Below, in pieces: positions 29,237 to 37,721 of a DNA stretch of 64,000 nucleotides (position 1 is its first letter; the number at the start of each line of letters is the position of its first letter). The notes below the pieces were generated by a model. That model ran no database searches. It had not been told where the DNA came from and saw nothing but the letters and a program-made list of their open reading frames with translations. The stretch comes from an uncultured Bacillota bacterium. GTDB taxonomy: Bacteria > Bacillota > DTU025 > MWDF01. Position numbers and translations under genes: made by a program. The stretch spans positions 96,001 to 160,000 of the forward strand of contig CAWGMK010000013.1 of NCBI GenBank assembly GCA_963823655.1, given 5' to 3'.

Positions 29237-31194
29237 GAGTGAAGACCTGCTGCCCTCATGACTGCTATGATACTTGCGGCATTGAGGTTGAAGTGCATGA
29301 CGGCAAGGTAACTGACCTGCGCGGGGCCGATTCGCACGGCATAACGCGCGGCTTCCTTTGCGGCAAAGTATCGCGCTACCTGAAAAGGCAGTACTCCCCG
29401 GATAGGCTGCTGTACCCACTTAAGAGGGATGATGCAGGCTTCAAGAGGATTAGCTGGGAAGAAGCCCTTGACACTATAGCCTTGCGCTTCGGCGCGGCCC
29501 GCGAAAAAGGCGGCCCTACCACAGTGCTCAGCTATTCTGACGCAGGTTCCATGGGCTATTTGAAGTCGCTGGAGTCGAGGTTCTGGCATTATTTCGGCGG
29601 TGTAACGATCGCCTCCGGTTCTCTTTGCAGTGCGGCGGGGCTGGCCGCTGTAGCATCGGACTACGGCGAGATAAGGCAGCATGATCCCCAAGATATCCCC
29701 AACAGCAAGCTGATAATCCTTTGGGGGAGGAACCCGTCGGTCACCAACATACATATGATTCCGCTGCTTGCAAAGGCCAGGCAGAACGGATGCAGGATTA
29801 TATCGATCAATCCAATGCCTTCCGAATCAAAGGCGCTTTCTGACTGGCAGCTGAAACCTCGCCCGGGCACGGATGCTGCCCTCGCCCTTGGAATCGCGGC
29901 CCAGATCTTCAAAGAAGGCCTGGAGGATGCCGGCTTCCTTAGCGGGCACTGCGCCGGCCTCATGGCCTATAAAAGGGAAGTCAGCTCCTGGAACCTGGAC
30001 AGGACAGAGTCAGTAACGGGAGTCGCTGCAAATGATATCGTAAAATTGGCCAGGGAATATGCCGGCACGAAACCTGCTTCCATCTGGCTTGGATTCGGGA
30101 TGCAAAGGCATGCCGGGGGCGGCAACGCGGTAAGGGCGGTCAATGCGCTTGGCGCAGTAACCGGAAATATCGGCATTGCAGGCGGAGGCGTAAATTACGC
30201 CAACAGATCGAGCAGGGTGCTCAATGCGCTTGGACGGCTTGAGCCTGGCGATTCCATCAGAAATGTGTGGAAGGGCAGGCTGGCAGAGGATCTGGACAAT
30301 ATGGGAGAACCGGCAATCGAGGCGGCTTTCATCAACAGATGCAACCCCCTGCTGCAGGCCCCCGATACATCCAGGTTGGAGAGGGCGTTCCAAAGGATCC
30401 CCTTCAAGGTCGTGTCCGACCATTTTCTTACCGACACTGCATTGCAGGCCGACATTGTCCTGCCGGCTGCGACATTCCTGGAGGAGACGGACATCTACTA
30501 TTCCTATTTCCATAACTATATAAGCCTTGGCATGAAGGCAGTGGAACCGTCAGGCGAGGCGAAGTCGGACCTTTGGGTCCTGGGCGAGCTTGCCAAGCGG
30601 TTGGGGTTCGGAAAAGAGTTCGAAAGGACTCCGATTGAATGGATTGAGTATGCGCTGGAACCCATGAAGGCGCACGGCATAGACCTAGATTTGCTCTTGG
30701 AGCAGGGCTGGGTCAGATTCCCTGCGCCGTTGGTTCCATGGACGGATCATGTCTTCAAGACCGCAACTGGGAAGCTCAACTTGGGCTTGCCGGAAGCCCC
30801 GGCCTATATAGAGCCGTTCGAGATGCCCCATCCTGACAGGCCATTCTTCCTGTTAACCGGCGCTTTAAGGGACAGGCTCCATTCTCAGTACGATAACATG
30901 GAAGATGCCGACAAAGGCGAGCTTCCGAAGGTATATATGAATCCGAAAGCGGCAAATCGCTTACAGCTGTCCGAAGGGCAGGCCGTCGAAGTCTTCACGA
31001 TGCACGGGGAAATGACTTTCGAGCTGGGTTTCGACCAGGAGATGCGGGAGGATGTAATGTACGCGCACCACGGCCGATGGAAGAATAGGGGCGGTGGCAT
31101 CAACAGGCTTACAAAAGGCTATCTAGCCGATATGGGTGGACAGGGCGCGCTTTACGACTGCGCAGCCGGTATACGCCCCGCGGAGGTGCGATGA
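29233..31194 (+). CDS. Molybdopterin oxidoreductase (DMSO reductase superfamily, uncharacterised clade)
   Basis: CPHDCYDTC...LCGK 4Fe-4S, WGRNP, PRPGTDAALALG, TDTA..ADIVLPAATFLE; no Tat signal. Confidence 0.85.
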   Translation: MRVKTCCPHDCYDTCGIEVEVHDGKVTDLRGADSHGITRGFLCGKVSRYLKRQYSPDRLLYPLKRDDAGFKRISWEEALDTIALRFGAAREKGGPTTVLSYSDAGSMGYLKSLESRFWHYFGGVTIASGSLCSAAGLAAVASDYGEIRQHDPQDIPNSKLIILWGRNPSVTNIHMIPLLAKARQNGCRIISINPMPSESKALSDWQLKPRPGTDAALALGIAAQIFKEGLEDAGFLSGHCAGLMAYKREVSSWNLDRTESVTGVAANDIVKLAREYAGTKPASIWLGFGMQRHAGGGNAVRAVNALGAVTGNIGIAGGGVNYANRSSRVLNALGRLEPGDSIRNVWKGRLAEDLDNMGEPAIEAAFINRCNPLLQAPDTSRLERAFQRIPFKVVSDHFLTDTALQADIVLPAATFLEETDIYYSYFHNYISLGMKAVEPSGEAKSDLWVLGELAKRLGFGKEFERTPIEWIEYALEPMKAHGIDLDLLLEQGWVRFPAPLVPWTDHVFKTATGKLNLGLPEAPAYIEPFEMPHPDRPFFLLTGALRDRLHSQYDNMEDADKGELPKVYMNPKAANRLQLSEGQAVEVFTMHGEMTFELGFDQEMREDVMYAHHGRWKNRGGGINRLTKGYLADMGGQGALYDCAAGIRPAEVR

Positions 31195-32117
31195 TGGGCA
31201 AAGTGAGGATTATCGTCAATCTTAAGGCTGGCAGGGGAAGAAGCGGAAAGACATTCCCGATTCTGACCAAGGCTCTCCAGGAAGTCGGAATCGATTTCGA
31301 TGTGGAGATTACCCAGAGGCAGGGGCATGCAATCGAGCTTGCCAGGCAGGCAAGGCTTGACGGTATGGACCTGGTAATCGCCGCGGGAGGCGACGGCACA
31401 TACCATGAAGTAATGAACGGCCTTACCGAATTCGGCAACCTGCTTCACCCATCTACGGCAATGGGAGTAGTAACAAGCGGATCCGGGTGCGACTTCCCGC
31501 GTTCGATAAGCATGCCGCGCGACGACTGGAAGGCTACTGCAGCAGTTATCAAAGCCATGAAATTCAAGTACGTAGACGTGGTCAGGACTACTTATATCAG
31601 CCCTCACGGCTCAAAGGAGACAAGGGCATTCCTGAATGCGTCGAATGCGGGGCTGACCAGTGAGACCATACTTAATTCGGAATCGTTTAAAGTGCTTGGC
31701 GGCAAGGCGGGATACCTTCTCGCCGGCATCAAGACCCTTTTTGCCTATAAGAACAGGGATATCAAGCTTGTCGTCGATGACGTGGAAGCTTTCAACGGCA
31801 AGGCGGTAATGATAACGGTTGGCAATGGAAGATATTGCGGAGGGGGCATGATGTTCACTCCTGCCGCAGACCCCTTCGACGCTGTGATCGATGCCGTGGT
31901 GATAGGCGACCTGACTATCATGGAAGTCCTTCGCGAGATTCCGAAGATTTATAGCGGCGGTCATCTGCAAAATGCAAAGGTGAAGGCCTTCAGGGGCAAG
32001 AAGATGAGGCTTGAGTGCAAGCTTCCTCTCTACTGCGAGATGGACGGAGAGCTTCCGGGAACCTTGCCTGTAGAATACGAGGTAATGCCCTCTGCGCTGA
32101 GGATATTGGTCCCGTAA
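31191..32117 (+). CDS. Diacylglycerol kinase/YegS family lipid kinase
   Basis: N.KAGRG, GGDGTYHEVMNG, GNGRYCGGGM, DGE. Confidence 0.88.
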   Translation: MMGKVRIIVNLKAGRGRSGKTFPILTKALQEVGIDFDVEITQRQGHAIELARQARLDGMDLVIAAGGDGTYHEVMNGLTEFGNLLHPSTAMGVVTSGSGCDFPRSISMPRDDWKATAAVIKAMKFKYVDVVRTTYISPHGSKETRAFLNASNAGLTSETILNSESFKVLGGKAGYLLAGIKTLFAYKNRDIKLVVDDVEAFNGKAVMITVGNGRYCGGGMMFTPAADPFDAVIDAVVIGDLTIMEVLREIPKIYSGGHLQNAKVKAFRGKKMRLECKLPLYCEMDGELPGTLPVEYEVMPSALRILVP

Positions 32118-32225
32118 AGGGTTTCTAGGAATGTGAATATTTGGTCAAAGCAGGGTCTAGGATGATATAATTATTTTTGGTTGTTACAAGGATGGTAAGA
32201 ACAACCAACCAACGGAGGTGCTCCA

Positions 32226-33521
32226 ATGTCAGTTTGGGTGGTACTTGGTGCCCAGTGGGGCGATGAAGGCAAGGGAAAAGTAGTGGACTATCTGGCAGGG
32301 AAAGCCAAGCTCGTTATCAGATACCAGGGCGGCGACAATGCAGGTCATACAGTCATTAACGATTTCGGAAACTTCGGCATGCACCTGATTCCGTCGGGAA
32401 TATTCAACCCCGGCGCATATAGCCTGATAGGAACGGGGACTGTGGTCAACCCCATCTCTCTTGTCAAGGAAATGGAGCAGGTAAAAGCGGCGAAAGTCCC
32501 GCTTGACAGGCTTATGATATCCGACAGGGCGCATCTTGTGCTCCCTTACCATATCGCAATAGACAAAGCAGAGGAGAAATATAGGGCGGGGCTCTCCGGC
32601 AAGGAGAAGATCGGCACCACCCTTAGGGGAATCGGGCCCGCTTATGCCGATAAATCGGCCAGGTGGGGCATTCAAGCCGGCGAGATGATGGACTGGCCTC
32701 ACTTCACGAACCGGGTTAAGACTAACCTGGAGAGGGCCAACAGGATGCTCGTACATATTTATGGCGAGCCGGCGCTGGATTACGACGAGATGATGAAAAC
32801 GCTGGAGCCCGCATGCAGGCAGATAATTCCCTTTATTGTCGACAGCTTCCCGCTAATGAGAAGGGCGCTTGACGAAGGCTGGGAAGTCATTCTTGAAGGC
32901 CAGCTGGGAGCGATGAGGGACCTTGATTGGGGTACATATCCGTACGTAACCTCCTCGAACCCTATAGCAGGCGGCGCATGTTCAGGAGCAGGTATCCCCC
33001 CTTCGAAAATCAGCGAAGTGATAGGGGTAGTTAAGGCGTACTCGACCTCTGTGGGCGAGGGGCCCATGCCAACTGAGCTAAATGATGAGATAGGCAAGTC
33101 TTTCAGGGACATCGGAGGGGAATACGGCGTCACTACCGGAAGGCCCCGCCGCTGCGGCTGGATAGACCTGGTCGCACTGAAGTACGCCGCACTGCTGTCA
33201 GGGTTCAATGCGGTGGCGATAACCAAGCTTGACGTGCTGGATTCCTTCAAGGAGATAAAGCTGTGCGTCGCCTATGACATAACCCGCCCGGACGGAACGA
33301 AATTCAGGGCGGAGACCGTGCCGGCATCGTATCTCATGTCGAGGACTGAGCCGGTCTACATAACCATGCCCGGCTGGGCGTGCGACACTACCAAGGCGAG
33401 GACTATGGATGAGCTTCCCAAAGAGGCAAAGGATTACCTCAAGAAGATCGAGGACTTCATAGACGCCAGGATAATGCTCGTATCGGTCGGCGCAAGGCGC
33501 GAACAGACGATTTTCGTTTAA
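32226..33521 (+). CDS. purA: Adenylosuccinate synthetase
   Basis: GAQWGDEGKGK, GG.NAGHT, GTYPYVTSS, GVTTGRPRRCGW. Confidence 0.97.
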   Translation: MSVWVVLGAQWGDEGKGKVVDYLAGKAKLVIRYQGGDNAGHTVINDFGNFGMHLIPSGIFNPGAYSLIGTGTVVNPISLVKEMEQVKAAKVPLDRLMISDRAHLVLPYHIAIDKAEEKYRAGLSGKEKIGTTLRGIGPAYADKSARWGIQAGEMMDWPHFTNRVKTNLERANRMLVHIYGEPALDYDEMMKTLEPACRQIIPFIVDSFPLMRRALDEGWEVILEGQLGAMRDLDWGTYPYVTSSNPIAGGACSGAGIPPSKISEVIGVVKAYSTSVGEGPMPTELNDEIGKSFRDIGGEYGVTTGRPRRCGWIDLVALKYAALLSGFNAVAITKLDVLDSFKEIKLCVAYDITRPDGTKFRAETVPASYLMSRTEPVYITMPGWACDTTKARTMDELPKEAKDYLKKIEDFIDARIMLVSVGARREQTIFV

Positions 33522-33544
33522 TATATCGAACGGAGGTAAAGCAG

Positions 33545-33778
33545 ATGAGCCCAGAAAAACCGGGGCAACTACCTGTCGAGATCAACCAGAAATGGTGCAA
33601 GGCGTGCGGGATTTGCTATGCCTTGTGCCCCAAGAAGGTGCTCGAGGGCGATGAGTGGGGGAAAGCCTTCGTGGCTAGGCCTGATGATTGCATCAAGTGC
33701 CAGACCTGCGAAATCATGTGCCCCGACCTTGCGGTTAAAGTGGTGGCCCTGAGGAGGGCCAAGAAGGAGGTGGAGTGA
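33545..33778 (+). CDS. korD: 2-oxoacid:ferredoxin oxidoreductase delta subunit
   Basis: CKACGICYALCP and CIKCQTCEIMCPD. Confidence 0.85.
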   Translation: MSPEKPGQLPVEINQKWCKACGICYALCPKKVLEGDEWGKAFVARPDDCIKCQTCEIMCPDLAVKVVALRRAKKEVE

Positions 33779-33779
33779 T

Positions 33780-34925
33780 ATGGCCGATAGGCTAAGGCTC
33801 ATGCAGGGCAACGAGGCGTGCGCGCTTGCGGCCGCCATGGCGGGGGTAAGGTTCTTCGCCGGTTACCCGATCACACCTTCGACGGAAATTGCAGAGCAGC
33901 TCTCGGAGATGCTCCCGAAAATGGGGGGCAAGTTCATACAGATGGAGGACGAGATAGCCTCCATGGCCGCAATCGTGGGGGCGTCCCTGGCGGGAACGAA
34001 GTCCATGACCGCGACATCCGGCCCCGGCTTCTCACTTAAACAGGAGAATATTGGCTTCGCCTCATTTACGGAGGTACCTTGCGTAATCGTTAACGTGCAG
34101 AGGACCGGCCCTTCAACAGGCCTGCCCACAAACACTGCACAAGGGGACATGATGCAGGCAAAGTACGGCTCCCACGGAGACGTCCCCGCCATAGCACTGT
34201 ATCCATCGACGGTACCGGAGATCTTCGACATGACGATCAAAGCCATAAATATATCGGAGACACTAAGACAACCCGTAATTCTGCTCATGGACGAGATAAT
34301 CGGACACATGAGGGAGAAAATCCTTGTACCCACCCAGGAGGAAGTGGATGCGATGGTAGAGAACCGGCCGAAACCTCCAAAGGGCCTTGAGAAGTATCTT
34401 CCATACGACGCGAGCATGGGGGACGTTCCGCCTCTTGCGGCATACGGCGATGGTTATCGATTCCATGTAACAGGGCTTTATCATGATGCGTCAGGGTTCC
34501 CCACTTCGAAAGCTTCAGAGGTGGAGAGCAAGATAAAGCGCATACACAGGAAGGTAGAGACAGCCAAGAAGGATATTACATTCCTCAGGTATGACCAGAT
34601 GGAAGACGCAGAATATGCGATAATATCGTGCGGCTCGACTGCACGTTCGGCCAGAAGGGCCGTGACATTGGCAAGGGAGAAAGGCATCAAGGTAGGAAGC
34701 CTGCAGATAAAGACGATTTGGCCTTTCCCGGAAAAAGAGGTAGCCGAAGTTTGCGGGAGAGTTAAGAAGGTCATTGTGCCCGAAATGAACATGGGGCAGC
34801 TGGTGCTCGAAGTCGAGAGGGCGAACCAGGGCAAGTGCAAAGTCGTCCGCTACAACAGGGTGGACGGCGACCCGTTGACGCCTGATGAGATCCTCGACAC
34901 TCTCGCCAAGGAGGTGGCCTGGTAA
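33780..34925 (+). CDS. korA: 2-oxoacid:ferredoxin oxidoreductase alpha subunit
   Basis: GYPITPSTE, QMEDEIAS, TATSGPGFSL, GPSTGLPT. Confidence 0.92.
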   Translation: MADRLRLMQGNEACALAAAMAGVRFFAGYPITPSTEIAEQLSEMLPKMGGKFIQMEDEIASMAAIVGASLAGTKSMTATSGPGFSLKQENIGFASFTEVPCVIVNVQRTGPSTGLPTNTAQGDMMQAKYGSHGDVPAIALYPSTVPEIFDMTIKAINISETLRQPVILLMDEIIGHMREKILVPTQEEVDAMVENRPKPPKGLEKYLPYDASMGDVPPLAAYGDGYRFHVTGLYHDASGFPTSKASEVESKIKRIHRKVETAKKDITFLRYDQMEDAEYAIISCGSTARSARRAVTLAREKGIKVGSLQIKTIWPFPEKEVAEVCGRVKKVIVPEMNMGQLVLEVERANQGKCKVVRYNRVDGDPLTPDEILDTLAKEVAW

Positions 34926-35749
34926 TGGCAATGGAAGTATGGGATCTTCTTAGGACTGATAAGATGCCTCATATCTGGTGCCCGGGCTGCGGCCACGGCG
35001 TACTTATGAATGCATTATTGAGGACCCTTGCCAAGCTTGAAGTCAATAAGGATGACATCTGCGTTGTCTCCGGAATAGGGTGCGCATCTCGCCTTCCGGG
35101 TTACCTCGACTTCAATACCTTACATACCACTCACGGAAGGGCGATTCCTTTTGCAACTGGCATCAAACTGGCAAATCCTCGTCTGAAGGTCATTGTGGTC
35201 TCAGGTGACGGCGATGCATCCGCAATTGGCGGAAATCACCTTATCCATGCCGCGAGGCGCAACATGGACATAACGATGATATGCATGAACAACAACATTT
35301 ACGGCATGACCAATGGGCAGTATTCCCCGATGACGCCCACGCACATGATCGCCACTACCGCGCCGTACGGAAACCTTGAGCGCAACTTCGACCTGTGCAA
35401 GCTCGTAGAATCTTGCGGCGCCAACTATGTTGCCAGGGCAACCGCAGCGCACCCGAGGAATATCGCCACTTATATCGAGTATGCCCTAACGCATAAGGGG
35501 TTCAACTTCGTCGAAGTGATGACGCAGTGCCCCACATATTATGGCAGGCGCAATAAGATGGGCGGGCCCGTCGAAATGCTGGACCTGTTCAAGAAGGGCA
35601 CGATCTTAAACACGGCGGCTGCCAAGCTGCCTGCCGATCAAGTCGCAGGCAAGATCCTGATCGGGGAGTTCGCCAAGAAGGAAGAGCCAACATACCTGGA
35701 CAGGTACGATGAGTTGGTGGCCAAGCTGGCAGGAGGTGTGAAGCCATGA
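34925..35749 (+). CDS. korB: 2-oxoacid:ferredoxin oxidoreductase beta subunit
   Basis: WCPGCGHG, SGIGC, GDGD..AIGGNH, NNNIYGMT. Confidence 0.92.
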   Translation: MAMEVWDLLRTDKMPHIWCPGCGHGVLMNALLRTLAKLEVNKDDICVVSGIGCASRLPGYLDFNTLHTTHGRAIPFATGIKLANPRLKVIVVSGDGDASAIGGNHLIHAARRNMDITMICMNNNIYGMTNGQYSPMTPTHMIATTAPYGNLERNFDLCKLVESCGANYVARATAAHPRNIATYIEYALTHKGFNFVEVMTQCPTYYGRRNKMGGPVEMLDLFKKGTILNTAAAKLPADQVAGKILIGEFAKKEEPTYLDRYDELVAKLAGGVKP

Positions 35750-36288
35750 GGAAGGAGATAAGGCTTTCCGGCTCGGGCGGACAAGGCCTAATCACTGGAG
35801 GCATCATCCTGGCCGAAGCCGCTATGAGAGATGGTTTGGAGGCCGTGCAGACGCAAAGTTACGGTCCGGAGGCAAGAGGCGGGGCGGCGAAGGCCGAAGT
35901 CATCTTGAGCGACATGGAGGTTGATTACCCCAAAGTATCATCTCCGGATTACGTCTTGGCTATGACTCCAATCGCCTGCGATAAGTACGGATGCAATTTG
36001 AAGCCGGGGGCGAAATTGGTCGTCGATGAGGACCTGGTCCCCAATGCGCCTGATTCAAAGCATTGCTTCAAACTGCCGATTACTAGGATCTCCAAGGAGA
36101 TCACAGGTAAACCCCTGTCGGCGAATATTGTCGCATTGGGCGTGCTAAACGAGCTTTTCAAGTTCGTAAGCCCGGAAAAGCTTGAGGAGGCTGTAAGGCA
36201 GAGGGTGCCCAAGGCTTCGATAGAGGATAATATCAAAGCCCTAAACGAGGGCATAAGGGTAACAAGAGAGAAGCTGGGTGTCAAATAG
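35746..36288 (+). CDS. korC: 2-oxoacid:ferredoxin oxidoreductase gamma subunit
   Basis: GSGGQG, QSYGPEARGG, ANIVALG. Confidence 0.9.
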   Translation: MRKEIRLSGSGGQGLITGGIILAEAAMRDGLEAVQTQSYGPEARGGAAKAEVILSDMEVDYPKVSSPDYVLAMTPIACDKYGCNLKPGAKLVVDEDLVPNAPDSKHCFKLPITRISKEITGKPLSANIVALGVLNELFKFVSPEKLEEAVRQRVPKASIEDNIKALNEGIRVTREKLGVK

Positions 36289-36298
36289 ATAGGATTTG

Positions 36299-36323
36299 GG
36301 GTCGGCGATAAGCCGGCCCTTTT
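36299..36323 (+). terminator. Intrinsic terminator
   Basis: gggtcggc/gccggccc stem plus TTTT. Confidence 0.7.
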
Positions 36324-36410
36324 CTAATACCTCGAAAGAACATCGTAGCCTTATAAAGTTGTGTATAATGGAATTGCATAGTTGCATATTGTATACCGCA
36401 GACGAGAGGG

Positions 36411-37607
36411 GTGGTACTGTTGGACCCGGCACTATTCTCCGCTAGGACAGCGAATGTATCGGCCAGCATAATTAGAGAAATCCTTAAACTCACCCAAGGC
36501 AGCGACATAATCTCATTCGGCGGCGGCTTTCCGTCCCCGCAGTCATTCCCAGTAGAAGACATGAGGCTATTCAATGAGGAGCTCCTCGCAAAACACGGCA
36601 AGGAGATACTTCAGTACGGCACTACGGAGGGTTACCTGCCTTTAAGGGAGGCCCTTGCCAAGGAAATCGGCTCATTCGGCATTGAAGCAACAAAGGACAG
36701 CGTCTTGCTTACGACAGGCGCCCAGCAGGTTATCGACCTTGTGGCGAAATCGTTGATAAACGAGGGCGATGTCGTCCTGGTTGAAAACCCGACATTCCTT
36801 GCAGCGCTTAATGTTTTCAAGATGTATGAAGCGAAGATCATCGGAGTAGATACTGACCGAGAGGGCATTATTCCCGAGGATCTCGACAAGAAGATAAAAG
36901 CCAATAAGCCCAAGCTAGTGTACATTATACCCAACTTTCAGAACCCCACCGGGGTGACAACCTCACTTCTAAGAAGAAAGCAGATAATGGAGATTACGGG
37001 CATAGCGGGAGTGCCGCTTCTAGAAGATGACCCTTATGCGCTTGTTAGGTTCGAAGGAGCCCATCTTCCGGCAATAACCTCTTTTGACAGATGGGGGACT
37101 GCAGTTTACGCAAGCAGCTTCTCAAAGACCGTATCACCTGGCATAAGGCTCGGTTACGCCATAGCCAAAGAGGATATCATGAAAAAAATGGTGGTAGGGA
37201 AACAGACTACGGATGTATGCAGCAACAACCTGGCACAAAGAGCAGTATACGAGTTCATAAAAAGCGGCAAGTTCCATGAGCATATCAAGGATATTGTGGC
37301 CGAGTACAGGCCCAAAAGGGACGCAATGATAAAGGCGATCGACGCACACTTCCCCAAGGGCATAAGGCGCAACACACCGGAAGGTGGTCTGTTCATCTGG
37401 GTCAAGCTGCCAACTGGGATGAATTCGGAGGAGTTGCTCAAAGAAGCCATAGTAAAAGCCAAGGTTGCGTATATCCCGGGAAGCCCCTTCTATATTGATT
37501 CCAGCATGGGCAAGGATGAGATGAGGCTGAACTTCACAAATGCCACGATCGAGCAGATAGAGTCGGGCATTGAGAGGCTTGGCGACGTCCTTTGCGGCAG
37601 GGCATAG
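36411..37607 (+). CDS. PLP-dependent class I/II aminotransferase (LysN-like)
   Basis: SIIREILK, QYGTTEG, PNFQNPTG, EDDPY, SFSKTVSPGIRLG. Confidence 0.9.
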   Translation: MVLLDPALFSARTANVSASIIREILKLTQGSDIISFGGGFPSPQSFPVEDMRLFNEELLAKHGKEILQYGTTEGYLPLREALAKEIGSFGIEATKDSVLLTTGAQQVIDLVAKSLINEGDVVLVENPTFLAALNVFKMYEAKIIGVDTDREGIIPEDLDKKIKANKPKLVYIIPNFQNPTGVTTSLLRRKQIMEITGIAGVPLLEDDPYALVRFEGAHLPAITSFDRWGTAVYASSFSKTVSPGIRLGYAIAKEDIMKKMVVGKQTTDVCSNNLAQRAVYEFIKSGKFHEHIKDIVAEYRPKRDAMIKAIDAHFPKGIRRNTPEGGLFIWVKLPTGMNSEELLKEAIVKAKVAYIPGSPFYIDSSMGKDEMRLNFTNATIEQIESGIERLGDVLCGRA

Positions 37608-37721
37608 GCCCTACTGAATAAGACGGCAGGATGCAGCGTCTCGAAGCGAGCAAATCGCCTCAAGGCGCTGTCTCTTTTTATAGGTATGTGCAAGCATAGG
37701 TGATACAGATTAAAATAATAT

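Noticed and set aside
29233-31194. Formate dehydrogenase or selenoprotein partner of the hydrogenase
   Set aside because: No in-frame UGA; the Cys context SLCSAAG lacks the FDH C/U-H motif; not in the hyd operon
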